Translations under genes and position numbers: made by a program
Assembly (NCBI GenBank): GCA_910583925.1
Contig: CAJTZJ010000004.1
Span: 12,844 to 76,843 of the forward strand
DNA from: an uncultured Eubacterium sp.
Lineage (GTDB): Bacteria; Bacillota; Clostridia; Oscillospirales; Acutalibacteraceae
Length of the DNA: 64,000 nt
Reading direction: 5' to 3'
The notes under the pieces: generated by a model
Told to the model about the DNA's origin: nothing
Seen by the model: the letters and a program-made list of their open reading frames with translations, nothing else
The model's database searches: none
Shown: piece by piece, positions 54,582 to 64,000 of the stretch
Layout: each line of letters starts with the position of its first letter
Numbering within the stretch: position 1 is the first letter of the stretch

Positions 54582-56072
54582 TTATCTAACTGTTTTCATA
54601 AATTTAATAAACTGTGCTTTGCCTTCTTCCGTTCTTTCGAATACGCCGCATTGTTCTAAAATGGCTGCAAAGATAATACCGATTTCCTTTTTGAGAATAT
54701 CCATTGCATTCTCTTTTGTGATTTCGTATTTTGCTTTAAGCATATCCGCCCATTCCTTATGCTTTTCAATACGCTCATCTGCCGATATATCCGTGCCGCA
54801 AATAAGGGCATTTTTAAGAATTTCCATTTCCTCTTTAAGGCGAGCAGGAAGAACAGCAAGCCCCATAACCTCAATAAGACCTATGTTTTCTTTCTTAATA
54901 TGATGATATTCGGGATGCGGATGATAATAGCCAAGCGGGCATTCCTCTGTTGTAATATTATTTCGAAGAACAAGATCAAGCTCGTATGCGTTATTGCGAA
55001 AGCGGGCAATCGGAGTAATCGTATTATGAGGCGCTCCGTCTGTTTCGGCAAAAATAAATGCTTCCTTATCTGTATAAGCACGCCATGTTGTTAAAATTTT
55101 ATCTGCCAGCTCACAAATTTTTTCTGTATTATCGGAACGAAGACGGATAACGGACATCGGCCATTTAACAATACCCGCTTCAACATCTTCAAAGCCTTCA
55201 AACTTGAATTCTGTTTCAACAGGTGCCTTTGCCATGGCAAAGGTGTAGTGACCGCCCTGAAAATGCTCATGTGTTAAAATAGAACCTCCAACAATCGGCA
55301 AATCCGCATTTGAGCCGACAAAGTAATGCGGGAAAAGCTTAACAAAATCAAAAAGCTTTCCAAAAACGCTTTTGTCTATTTTCATCGGTGTATGCTCTCC
55401 GTTAAAAACAATACAATGCTCATTGTAATAAACATACGGAGAATACTGCAAAAACCAATCTGTGTTGTTGATTTGGATCGGTATTATGCGATGATTCTGT
55501 CTTGCAGGATGATTCACTCTGCCTGCATAGCCTTCGTTCTCACGGCAAAGCTGACACTTCGGATAAGCACTCTGCTTCATCGTTAAGGCAGCAGCAATCG
55601 CTTTAGGGTCCTTTTCGGGCTTGGAAAGATTGATTGTAATATCAATATCGCCGTAATCCGTTGAAGTAACCCACTTCATATCATTTTTAATTCTGTATTC
55701 TCGTATGTAATCGCTCTTACGGCTGAGATTGTAGTAATAATCAGTTGCAGCTTCGGGGCTTTCTGAATATTTTGAGCGGAATTCACGGATAACCTCGGAA
55801 GGTCTTGGTGTAAGAGTCCCCATAATTTTTGTGTCAAACAAATCGCGGTAAACAATGGAATTTTCACACAAGCCGTTTTCACAGGCATAATCAAGTATTG
55901 CACCTAAAATATCCTTTAATTCATAATTGCTTTTAACCGGCGCTTCCTCAAAGCTGTCTAAATTCAATGCTTCCAACAGTCGGTTTAAAGCAAAAGCGCT
56001 GTCTTCCTTTTCAATTAATTTTTCATTTTCGGCATACTGTACTAATGCCTTAATTGTCTCATAAATATTCAT
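54582..56072 (-). CDS. galT: UDP-glucose--hexose-1-phosphate uridylyltransferase (class II GalT)
   Basis: 496 aa. The Gram-positive type GalT shows CPLC-equivalent CQLCRENEGY, GGSILTHEHFQGG and the overall length. Confidence 0.9.
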   Translation of the reverse strand: MNIYETIKALVQYAENEKLIEKEDSAFALNRLLEALNLDSFEEAPVKSNYELKDILGAILDYACENGLCENSIVYRDLFDTKIMGTLTPRPSEVIREFRSKYSESPEAATDYYYNLSRKSDYIREYRIKNDMKWVTSTDYGDIDITINLSKPEKDPKAIAAALTMKQSAYPKCQLCRENEGYAGRVNHPARQNHRIIPIQINNTDWFLQYSPYVYYNEHCIVFNGEHTPMKIDKSVFGKLFDFVKLFPHYFVGSNADLPIVGGSILTHEHFQGGHYTFAMAKAPVETEFKFEGFEDVEAGIVKWPMSVIRLRSDNTEKICELADKILTTWRAYTDKEAFIFAETDGAPHNTITPIARFRNNAYELDLVLRNNITTEECPLGYYHPHPEYHHIKKENIGLIEVMGLAVLPARLKEEMEILKNALICGTDISADERIEKHKEWADMLKAKYEITKENAMDILKKEIGIIFAAILEQCGVFERTEEGKAQFIKFMKTVR

Positions 56073-56330
56073 ATCTTTGCCCTTTCTGTATGCTGTATTA
56101 TTAATAATATTATATCATCATTTTATATAGTTGCAATATAAAATATTTATTTCATAACTATTTCAAGTAATTGTAATCCATGTAAGATTATTGTACAACA
56201 ACAGTTGTTCCGAGGCTTGTCAGAATCAAAAAAAACAGAAAATTTTGAGCAGAAAATGGTCAGTTTGAAACACAATGGATGTAAAATAAAAAACAATTTG
56301 ATTTATTGTGAAAAATAAATCCGTAAATAT

Positions 56331-56359
56331 AAAAGAGCCAATTTGGCAATGGCCCTTTT
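56331..56359 (-). terminator. intrinsic terminator after the GNAT gene
   Basis: The minus strand reads AAGGGCCA-N9-UGGCUCUU (one G-U pair) followed by UUAUAUUU. Confidence 0.55.
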
Positions 56360-56370
56360 CTCTGTCAAAC

Positions 56371-56844
56371 TTATAAATCGCAATCCTCTCTTTTATATTC
56401 AAATGCAATATCGCCTCTTACATACTCATAGTCATCAAGCTTGATTTCCTTAAATCCGTATTTTCTGTAAATATGAAGTGCTGCCTTCAGCCTGCTGTTT
56501 GAAAAAATGAAAAGCTTTTCCGCTCCATGCTCTAAAGCCCAATCCATTGCAGCTTTAAACACGGCACTGCCTGCCCCTTTATGCGGAATATCTTTATTTG
56601 AGCAAAGCTTGCATATTTCCCATACGGATTCATTCATCGGCTCTGTCATACATGCTGCAAGTGCTGTTTCGGTATCCTCTTCTACAGCAAAGAAAATCAT
56701 TGCTCCCGATTTTATTTTTTCGTCAATTTTTTCAAAGGTTTCCTTGTCATGCTGTTCCAGGAATCCAAAGTTTGAAACAATCCACTCCGTATTAAACCTG
56801 ATAAAATCTTCTCTGTACCGTTCTTCAAATTGAATTATTTTCAC
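56371..56844 (-). CDS. GNAT family N-acetyltransferase
   Basis: 157 aa. HKGAGSAVFKAAMDWALEHGA is the acetyl-CoA binding motif. Confidence 0.85.
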   Translation of the reverse strand: MKIIQFEERYREDFIRFNTEWIVSNFGFLEQHDKETFEKIDEKIKSGAMIFFAVEEDTETALAACMTEPMNESVWEICKLCSNKDIPHKGAGSAVFKAAMDWALEHGAEKLFIFSNSRLKAALHIYRKYGFKEIKLDDYEYVRGDIAFEYKREDCDL

Positions 56845-56850
56845 AATATA

Positions 56851-57285
56851 TTACTCCCCTCCGAGAATTGAAATCATTGTATTCATTGCGCTGCATAAAT
56901 CAGTGCATTGCTCAGAACTTAGCTTGCTTATTTTCGTTTTAATCTGAAGATTCGTCAGCTCAATCAGCCTTTCTGTTTCCTGATTGCCTTTTTCAGTAAG
57001 CACTAAACATATTTTCCTTTTATCCCTGTCGGATTTTTGCTTTTCAATCAGTCCGTTTTTGCAGAAATTCTTAATGATTCTGCTGAGATAGCTCTTGTCT
57101 ATATGAAGATCTTTAACAATGTCATTTTGAATACAGATTTTACGAAGATGAATTTCAAAAAGAATTCTGATTTCGGCTAAAGAATACTCCGTATCAAAAT
57201 AGCTGCTGTCCAACAACCCCATAGTTACCGTATAAAAGCGATTAAAGTGTCTTATTTCGTTTGTTGCGATGTCATAGATATTCAT
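56851..57285 (-). CDS. MarR-family transcriptional regulator
   Basis: The winged HTH is IVKDLHIDKSYLSRIIKNFCKNGLIEKQKSDRDKRKICLVLTEKG. I place the start at ATG 57285 (AAGGGA SD). The ORF track's start at 57354 adds 23 implausible residues. Confidence 0.85.
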   Translation of the reverse strand: MNIYDIATNEIRHFNRFYTVTMGLLDSSYFDTEYSLAEIRILFEIHLRKICIQNDIVKDLHIDKSYLSRIIKNFCKNGLIEKQKSDRDKRKICLVLTEKGNQETERLIELTNLQIKTKISKLSSEQCTDLCSAMNTMISILGGE

Positions 57286-57393
57286 ATTGATTTCCCTTCT
57301 GAAATATTTAATATCCCTCTTTTCCAAGTATATGTATTTAGTTGATTTTATCAATTATTTAACTTAAAAAATATGATACACATATCCAGTCGT

Positions 57394-57435
57394 AAAAAGC
57401 CCTCAGATATTGCATAAGCAAGCAATATCTGAGGG
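57394..57435 (-). terminator. intrinsic terminator of guaA
   Basis: The minus strand reads CCCUCAGAUAUUGC-N8-GCAAUAUCUGAGGG followed by CUUUUU. Confidence 0.85.
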
Positions 57436-57444
57436 TTTGTATCT

Positions 57445-58971
57445 TTATTCCCACTCAACTGTTCCCGGTGGTTTGGAGGTTATATCATAGACAACACGAT
57501 TTACATGCTCTACTTCATTAGTTATACGGTTTGATACCTTTGCAAGGATATCATAAGGAATTTTTGCCCAATCGGCTGTCATAAAATCATCTGTTGTAAC
57601 CGCTCTGATTGCGATAAGATTATCATAGGTTCTATGATCACCCATTACACCTACGGTCTGAACGCCCGGAAGTACACAGAAGAACTGGGCAAGATTTTTT
57701 TCATAGCCGTTTTTAGACATTTCATCACGAAGAACCCAATCGGCTTCCTGAAGAACTTTAATCTTTTCAGCGGTTAATTCGCCGATAATTCTTACACCAA
57801 GACCCGGACCCGGGAATGGCTGACGCCAAACAAGCTCTTTCGGAATGCCGAGCTTTTCGCCAACCTTGCGAACCTCATCCTTGAAAAGATCTGCGAGAGG
57901 CTCAATAACACCGAGAAATTCTACATCATCCGGAAGACTTACTCTGTTATGATGCGTTTTTATAACATCGGCATCGCCCTTGCCGCTTTCGATACAATCA
58001 GGATAAATGGTGCCCTGTGCAAAATAGCCCTTATCCTCCTGCTTTCTGATTTCATTCCAGAAAACATTAAAGAATTCAGTGCCGATAATCTTTCTTTTCT
58101 GCTCAGGATCGGTTACACCCTTAAGCTTTGCGAGGAATTGCTCGCCGCAGTTTACGCGAACAAAATTCATATCAAAAAGAGAAGTAAAGGTATTCTCAAC
58201 GAAATCTCCTTCATCCTTTCTCATTAATCCTTGATCAACGAAAACACAGGTAAGCTGCTTTCCGACCGCACGGGACAGCAGACCTGCTGCAACAGAGGAA
58301 TCCACACCGCCCGAAAGACCGAGTATAACATTTTTATTGCCGATCTGCTCTCTCAAATTTTCAACAGTGCTTTCAATAAAATTATCCATCTGCCAATCGC
58401 CGCTGCAATGACAAACCTCATAAAGGAAATTGTGAAGAACAGCATTTCCGTATTCACTGTGTGTAACCTCAGGGTGGAATTGAACTGCATAAATCCTTTT
58501 TTCGGTATTCTGCATTGCTGCACATGGACAGTCATCTGTTTTTCCGATAATTTCAAAGCCCTCAGGTGCTTTTGAAATTCTGTCTGTATGGCTCATCCAC
58601 ACAATGCTTTTCTCCGGAATATTCTTGAAAATTGCTGAATTTTTAACAGTTATCTCAATTTTACCATATTCGCTTACAGGGGCTGTTTCAACCTCGCCTT
58701 CTGACATCCATGCAACAAGCTGGCAGCCATAGCAGATACCTAAAATCGGAACACCGATATCAAGAATTTCCTTTGCATAATGCGGAGAACTCATTTCGAA
58801 AACAGAATTCGGTCCTCCGGTAAAAATAATTCCTTTATAATTATTTTCTTTAATTGTTTCAAGCGGCACCGTGTAAGGCAGAATCTCGGCATAAACACCA
58901 TGATCCCTTACACGCCTTGCAATCAGCTGATTATACTGACCGCCAAAATCAAGCACAAGAATTTTTTCCAT
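57445..58971 (-). CDS. guaA: GMP synthase (glutamine-hydrolysing)
   Basis: 508 aa. ILVLDFGGQYNQLIARR, GICYG, the SGGVDSSV PP-loop and the C-terminal PPGTVEWE. Confidence 0.97.
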   Translation of the reverse strand: MEKILVLDFGGQYNQLIARRVRDHGVYAEILPYTVPLETIKENNYKGIIFTGGPNSVFEMSSPHYAKEILDIGVPILGICYGCQLVAWMSEGEVETAPVSEYGKIEITVKNSAIFKNIPEKSIVWMSHTDRISKAPEGFEIIGKTDDCPCAAMQNTEKRIYAVQFHPEVTHSEYGNAVLHNFLYEVCHCSGDWQMDNFIESTVENLREQIGNKNVILGLSGGVDSSVAAGLLSRAVGKQLTCVFVDQGLMRKDEGDFVENTFTSLFDMNFVRVNCGEQFLAKLKGVTDPEQKRKIIGTEFFNVFWNEIRKQEDKGYFAQGTIYPDCIESGKGDADVIKTHHNRVSLPDDVEFLGVIEPLADLFKDEVRKVGEKLGIPKELVWRQPFPGPGLGVRIIGELTAEKIKVLQEADWVLRDEMSKNGYEKNLAQFFCVLPGVQTVGVMGDHRTYDNLIAIRAVTTDDFMTADWAKIPYDILAKVSNRITNEVEHVNRVVYDITSKPPGTVEWE

Positions 58972-59004
58972 TTTTATCCTCCTGTATTTTAATCGTTTCG
59001 TTTA

Positions 59005-60549
59005 TTAATTTGCAGAACCGGTATTTATCTGCTTAATTACTTCTTCCGTGTTTTTAATAAGCTTTTCAACATCAGCTTTTTTGCTTTCATCACATTTTAA
59101 AACAGAAATTGAAAATTTATTTTTATCATATTCATCATCATTACAGAAAAACGGAACAGTATATCCAACCTCATTGAATTTGCTTTTCGTTGCGTATTCA
59201 CCGTTGATCTTATAAGAAATATAGTCATAATTATTTCTCTTATATGCGGTAAAGGCTGTTTCAAAGCTTTCATTACCTGCCATTTCAATGATCGTACTTA
59301 AGCCTTTCCATGAAACATCGGGATTTTCGCCGAAGGAATAAGTATTGAAGCAGATATTTGTTTTGCTGTCCTTTTTTTGAAGAATATAAAAAATATCGTT
59401 TTTATAACTGCTGAAATAGGTTGAGGTTGTTGCACCCTCATAAATTTTCTTTGCAGTCTTGCCGTTCCAATTAAACACTTCCGTCAGATACTTGGGGGAA
59501 GCATCTGTATCATCATAATCCATTTTATTCCGGCTGATTAACATAAGTTCACTGTTTCCGTCACCATTAAAATCAACAAGCTTAACAACCGCAACGCCGT
59601 TTACAAACACACTGCTTCCTGCAGCTGAAATCTGTGCTTCACCGAATTTTTTTATTTTATCATCAATTATTTTTGAATATGCACCGGCTTTTTTCTGTTC
59701 TGCGGTTTTCGGAAGATTGTTGCCCGCCTCTTTTTCGCTGATAAACTGAATAAGATTGTCATGAACAGTATTAAGCTGATATTCGGCCTTTGCCGATGCC
59801 AATGCCGAAAACTGAATTGTTTCAAAATGAGCAGAATCAATTTCATCATCAAAAAGATAATACGCTGTGCTCGGCTCAAAGGTGCATCTGCCGCTTTCCT
59901 TAAACTCACTGCCGTGAAGTGCAAGCAAAGACATATTTTCTGTGCCGTCTTGTTTATTTTCATTTTCTTCAGCGTCTTTCTTTTCTTCGCTTTCTTCAAT
60001 CAGCTTTCCGATATAATACCTGCCGTCATTATGATAAATCGTAAGCCAACTTCCAAGCTCGGGATAATCCTTTAGGATGTTTGCCTCATCCTGATAAAAG
60101 CTTACAAATTCATCACCTTTTTTACCCCAAACCTCAACATAATACTTACCGCTTTTAAAATAAGCAATAAGGAATTCATCATTTCCGTTATTATCAAAAT
60201 CAAGACGGCGTACAGATGAGATGCCAAGCATATGCCATGTATTTTCCATTTCGGGATTATCAAGTTCTTCAACCCTGCTGGTACCCGTTTCCGTAATCAG
60301 ATTGGAGCAGACAGCAGCTGCGTTTTGGTTAAAATCATCATTCTTGATATCCGTATCATAAACCTTAAGTGTAAAAACCGTAAGGAAAATAACGATTGCA
60401 GCAATGAAAAGAAGGAATGTAAATAAGCCGAAAAAGACTTTTTTCTTTTTGGATAAAGGCTTATCGGATGCTCCGCCAATAAAGTATTCTTTAAAAAATC
60501 TTAAAAGCTTATGAAGAAAGGTCTTTGCCGCTTTCCGCATTCGTTTCAA
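59005..60549 (-). CDS. hypothetical membrane-anchored protein with FG-GAP/VCBS-like DxDxDG motifs
   Basis: 514 aa with a basic N-terminus and one TM segment (FGLFTFLLFIAAIVIFLTVF). The extracytoplasmic region contains LDFDNNGNDEFLIAY and LVDFNGDGNSELMLI. Confidence 0.75.
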   Translation of the reverse strand: MKRMRKAAKTFLHKLLRFFKEYFIGGASDKPLSKKKKVFFGLFTFLLFIAAIVIFLTVFTLKVYDTDIKNDDFNQNAAAVCSNLITETGTSRVEELDNPEMENTWHMLGISSVRRLDFDNNGNDEFLIAYFKSGKYYVEVWGKKGDEFVSFYQDEANILKDYPELGSWLTIYHNDGRYYIGKLIEESEEKKDAEENENKQDGTENMSLLALHGSEFKESGRCTFEPSTAYYLFDDEIDSAHFETIQFSALASAKAEYQLNTVHDNLIQFISEKEAGNNLPKTAEQKKAGAYSKIIDDKIKKFGEAQISAAGSSVFVNGVAVVKLVDFNGDGNSELMLISRNKMDYDDTDASPKYLTEVFNWNGKTAKKIYEGATTSTYFSSYKNDIFYILQKKDSKTNICFNTYSFGENPDVSWKGLSTIIEMAGNESFETAFTAYKRNNYDYISYKINGEYATKSKFNEVGYTVPFFCNDDEYDKNKFSISVLKCDESKKADVEKLIKNTEEVIKQINTGSAN

Positions 60550-60622
60550 AAAGCCCTTTTGGGGAGCCTTTTCCTTTTTGTTGTTTTTCTTTTTCAGGCG
60601 AATTCACCTCATCTTTTCATTT

Positions 60623-62698
60623 TTATTTTGAAGCTTTAGCTTTATATGGCTTTCTGAAAAGCATAAATATAAATATTGTTATAATTATTAAAGCGGCAAT
60701 TGTTCCCATTGTCATTCCGCCGCCAGTTATGAACAGAGCAATCTGATAGACGGCAAGCGAAGTGCAGTATGCAAAAATACATTGATAGGAAATTGCAAAA
60801 GCAGTCCATTTTACACTGTTCATTTCTCTTCTTATAGCGCTCATTGCAGCAACGCACGGTGCACAGAGAAGATTGAATATCAAAAAGGAATAACCGGAAA
60901 GAGCAGTAAATCCCTCTCCTATATTATCATAAAGAACACCGAAAACGCCAACAATTTCTTCTTTTGCTGCAAGACCTAAAAGAGTTGCAACAGATGCCTG
61001 CCATGTTCCGAAGCCAAGAGGAATAAATATATCCCTGATAAAGTTACCGATATAGGCAAGCACGGAATGATCCATATGCTGAACCATACCGAATTTTCCG
61101 CCGTAAAATCCGAAGGTTGAAAGGAACCAAACCCCGCAGGATGCAAGCAGAATGATTGTACCTGCTTTTTTGATGTAGCTCCATGTTCTGTCCCATGTTG
61201 CACGGGCAACGGATTTTAAGGTCGGCATATGATAGCTTGGAAGTTCCATAACAAACGGAGAAACTTCGCCGCTGAAAAGCTTTGTTTTTTTAAGAAGAAT
61301 ACCACTGCAGATTATTGACGCAATGCCGATAAAATATGCACTCGGAGCAACCCACCAGGCTTTGCCGAAAAGGGCAGAAGCAATAAGAGCAATAACAGGC
61401 AGCTTTGCTCCGCACGGGATAAAGGTGGTTGTAATAATCGTCATACGGCGCTCGTTTACATTTTCGATAGTTCGGCTGCTCATAATACCCGGAACGCCGC
61501 AGCCCGTGCCTACAAGTATCGGAATAAAGCTTTTTCCCGAAAGACCGAATTTTCTGAAAAGCTTATCCATAATAAAGGCGATTCGGCTCATATATCCGCA
61601 ATCCTCAAGAAAGGAAAGAAATATGAACAGCACGATAATCTGCGGAACAAAGGTTAAAACTGCACCGACACCTGCTATAATACCATCTACAATAAGGCTT
61701 GTAAGCCAAGGGGCACAAGCCACCTTATTGAGAAAGCTTTCTGCGATAAACGGAATTCCGTTTTCTCCGAAAATATGAGCTTCAATAAGTTCCGCAAGTG
61801 AACCGCCAAGCGTTGACACGGAAAGGTAATAAACACCGAACATAATCAAAGCGAAAATCGGAAGCGACAGATATTTATTAGTAACAATACTGTCTATCTT
61901 CTCCGAAACAGGCGTTTTGCCGCTTTTTGTTCTGCATTCATCAATACAGGAGGTTATGTATTTATAACGCTGATCTGCGATAATGCTTTCACTGTCATCA
62001 TCGTAATATTTTTCAACATCCTTTATAAGGGATTCAACATCATTAAAATTTCCGAAATCTTCAACAACAAGCCGATCCCGTTCAAAAATCTTTGTTGCAT
62101 AATAGCGCTTATGAAGCATATCCGTTCCATCAGGCAAAAGAGCTGAAATAAAATGAATTGCGGATTCAACTCTGTCATCAAAGCTATGATGAACAGGTGG
62201 AACACCTTTGTTGTTTCTGGCAAGCTCAACTGCCTTCTTGGCACATTTTTTAACACCTGTTCCCTTAAGGGCGGATATTTCAAAGCAGACACAGCCGAAA
62301 TGCTCGCTTATTTCCTCAGAATTAATTACATCGCCGTTTTTGCGTACAATATCAATCATATTGATAGCCATAATCACGGGAATGCCGATTTCACAAAGCT
62401 GGGTTGTTAAATATAGATTTCTTTCAAGATTTGTACCGTCTATAATATTAAGAATAGCATCCGGTTCTTCGTTTACAAGATAATTTCTTGATACAATTTC
62501 TTCGGGAGTATAGGGGGAAAGGCTGTAAATTCCGGGAAGATCGGCGATGACAACATCGCTTTCGCCCTTGAGCCTGCCTTCTTTAGCCTCAACGGTTACA
62601 CCCGCCCAGTTTCCCACATATTGATTTGAGCCGGTTAAGGCATTAAAAAGCATGGTTTTTCCGCAATTCGGATTACCTGCAAGTGCAATTTTAACCAT
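60623..62698 (-). CDS. feoB: ferrous iron transporter B
   Basis: G domain MVKIALAGNPNCGKT..., DLPGIYSL, then the polytopic membrane domain. I place the start at ATG 62698 (GAGG SD 6 nt upstream). It overlaps the upstream gene's stop by 8 nt. Confidence 0.93.
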   Translation of the reverse strand: MVKIALAGNPNCGKTMLFNALTGSNQYVGNWAGVTVEAKEGRLKGESDVVIADLPGIYSLSPYTPEEIVSRNYLVNEEPDAILNIIDGTNLERNLYLTTQLCEIGIPVIMAINMIDIVRKNGDVINSEEISEHFGCVCFEISALKGTGVKKCAKKAVELARNNKGVPPVHHSFDDRVESAIHFISALLPDGTDMLHKRYYATKIFERDRLVVEDFGNFNDVESLIKDVEKYYDDDSESIIADQRYKYITSCIDECRTKSGKTPVSEKIDSIVTNKYLSLPIFALIMFGVYYLSVSTLGGSLAELIEAHIFGENGIPFIAESFLNKVACAPWLTSLIVDGIIAGVGAVLTFVPQIIVLFIFLSFLEDCGYMSRIAFIMDKLFRKFGLSGKSFIPILVGTGCGVPGIMSSRTIENVNERRMTIITTTFIPCGAKLPVIALIASALFGKAWWVAPSAYFIGIASIICSGILLKKTKLFSGEVSPFVMELPSYHMPTLKSVARATWDRTWSYIKKAGTIILLASCGVWFLSTFGFYGGKFGMVQHMDHSVLAYIGNFIRDIFIPLGFGTWQASVATLLGLAAKEEIVGVFGVLYDNIGEGFTALSGYSFLIFNLLCAPCVAAMSAIRREMNSVKWTAFAISYQCIFAYCTSLAVYQIALFITGGGMTMGTIAALIIITIFIFMLFRKPYKAKASK

Positions 62699-63428
62699 TT
62701 TTAACCTCACAAGATATATAGTTGCAGTATTCTTTAATTATATCAATATCCGTCAGCGAATAAATCATTCTTGCACCAACGCTGTCCTCTATTTCATTAA
62801 ACACTATTTTACCACTGTTAAAAACAAAATCAATACCTATATAATCATATTTTATTAAATCAGATATATTATGGATAAGATTTTTCTCGTTTTGTGAAAG
62901 AATATAAGGCTTTGCTATCCCGCCAAGGCAGAAATTGGCACGAAAATCCGATTTGCTTTCGCGAAGAATTGCCGCTTTGATTTCTCCGTTTATGAGCCAG
63001 ACTCTTAAATCCTTTCCTAAATCAGATGCAGGCTTCTGATAAACATAGCCTTTTTCAAAAAGCTCTTTTTTGTTTATCATAAAAACCTCTGTTCCGCCCT
63101 TACCGTGGGCAGATTTTTTTACAGCGGGAATATCGCCGTAATTTATCGGCATAATTTCAATGCCGTTTTTCTGCATAAATTCATAGCACGCCTGCTTATC
63201 GTTGGAAAGCTTTGTTAAAGAGGAAGGATTGAAAACCCTTACTCCTTTTTTTTCGAAGCTTTGGGCAATTTTATAATTATTCGTTCTGTTTATAACAAAA
63301 TCAGCTTGGCAGGAAAAATTCAGTTCCTCCTGAAAAACAAGCTTTACATCAAGATATTTTATATATTTTTCAATGGAAAAAGCATTTCTTTCAGCTTCTT
63401 TTCTGCTGTAAACTAAAATCCCGCTCAT
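62691..63428 (-). CDS. RimK-like ATP-grasp ligase
   Basis: 245 aa. VKKSAHGKGGTEVFMI, DLRVWLINGEIKAAILRESKSDFRANFCLGG and IGIDFVF...FNEIEDSVG follow the RimK/ATP-grasp pattern. Confidence 0.75.
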   Translation of the reverse strand: MSGILVYSRKEAERNAFSIEKYIKYLDVKLVFQEELNFSCQADFVINRTNNYKIAQSFEKKGVRVFNPSSLTKLSNDKQACYEFMQKNGIEIMPINYGDIPAVKKSAHGKGGTEVFMINKKELFEKGYVYQKPASDLGKDLRVWLINGEIKAAILRESKSDFRANFCLGGIAKPYILSQNEKNLIHNISDLIKYDYIGIDFVFNSGKIVFNEIEDSVGARMIYSLTDIDIIKEYCNYISCEVKNG

Positions 63429-64000
63429 AAACTTTCCTTTAAAAGATTTTGTTTGATTTCATTAAAAATTAAGGCTGCAATGTCTATATCGGTGCATTTC
63501 ATAATATTTATTATGTGGGCGTTGCTGTTAACCTCGCATACCAAATCTCCGTACAGAATATCTACCCCGCCGAAATGAAGCCCCAATTCTTCGCAGGCTT
63601 TTACGGCAAGTCTGATTTCATTTTCAGTCGGAACGCAAGGCTTCATTGTTCCGCCGTTTGTAATATTAGAACGGAAATCATTTTCGTTTGTTCTTTCCAT
63701 TGCAGCAGCAACCTTTCCGCCGACAACCTCAAGCCGTTTGTCATAACCTATTGATGCTTTTATGAATTTCTGAAGAATAAACGGTTTTTCCGTTATATGC
63801 TCTAAAATTTCGTCTATACTGTTGCAAAGAAACACCTGCTCTCCGAAGGAACCGAAGCATTCCTTGAAAACAACAGGCAAGCCAAGTTTTTCAACAGCCA
63901 TTTGGGCGAATTCGGAAAAGTCAGCCTTAAAATATGTTTTGGGTGCAATCATTGTTTCGGGCTGGGGAACTTTTCCGAGCAATTCGATATATGTTCTTGC
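63425..64000 (-). CDS. RimK-like ATP-grasp ligase (N-terminus beyond the right edge)
   Basis: GLPVVFKECFGSFGEQVFL, DKRLEVVGGKVAAAMERTNENDFRSNITNGG and GGVDILY follow the RimK/ATP-grasp pattern. The frame stays open to position 64000 (…ARTYIELLGKVPQ), so the ORF-track TTG start is probably internal. Its TGA overlaps the next gene's ATG (ATGA). Confidence 0.75.
   Translation of the reverse strand, partial: ARTYIELLGKVPQPETMIAPKTYFKADFSEFAQMAVEKLGLPVVFKECFGSFGEQVFLCNSIDEILEHITEKPFILQKFIKASIGYDKRLEVVGGKVAAAMERTNENDFRSNITNGGTMKPCVPTENEIRLAVKACEELGLHFGGVDILYGDLVCEVNSNAHIINIMKCTDIDIAALIFNEIKQNLLKESL

Noticed and set aside
56197-56209. The AACAAC-A-GTTGTT palindrome in the 300-bp region upstream of galT, as a LacI/GalR-type operator.
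   Set aside because: It has only 6-bp arms in AT-rich DNA. It does not resemble the usual TGNAANCGNTTNCA cre/GalR core. No regulator gene is adjacent.
62699-63428. A small feoA gene hidden between the ATP-grasp genes and feoB.
   Set aside because: feoB overlaps the ATP-grasp stop by 8 nt, which leaves no space. No SH3-like 70-90 aa ORF is seen on that strand in 62.7-64.0 kb. feoA may lie beyond the window.

Overview
This 64-kb chromosomal window reads like a low-GC Firmicute of the Clostridia type. That placement is an inference from gene content and signals: consensus sigma-A promoters, GGAGG-type ribosome-binding sites (SDs), a T-box leader, a split transketolase, a class-II GalT and a DUF1846 gene. 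I can support about 62 protein-coding genes and one tRNA-Arg(ACG). I recognise no rRNA, CRISPR array, transposase, integrase or phage structural genes.

The content is mostly housekeeping:
- rpsF-ssb-rpsR
- T-box-controlled leuA-leuB
- split tkt
- pyrG
- metF/metH
- rplM-rpsI
- purA
- guaA
- galT
- feoB

Accessory modules:
- a response regulator / ABC-2 exporter / histidine kinase resistance-type module
- a split CadA-type P-type ATPase with an unusual ArsR-AraC fusion regulator
- a MacB-type ABC pair
- a repeat-rich secreted protein

I found no clear complete novel multi-gene system. The observations most worth a second look:
1. A 23-codon upstream ORF ending in Cys-Cys-Cys-stop, plus Rrf2-type operators, in front of a metY-cysK-nifS-nifU operon that ends in a decayed mnmA remnant.
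2. Two paralogous 74-aa XRE regulators with a shared operator-like element. One is paired with a divergent Arc/RHH gene. The other sits in a roughly 420-bp cassette bracketed by 25-nt identical terminator copies.
3. feoB has no adjacent feoA and is translationally coupled to two tandem RimK-like ATP-grasp ligases that run off the right edge.
4. A roughly 300-bp orphan region upstream of metF holds a possible small ORF.

All family assignments come from reading the translations by eye. No database search was run.
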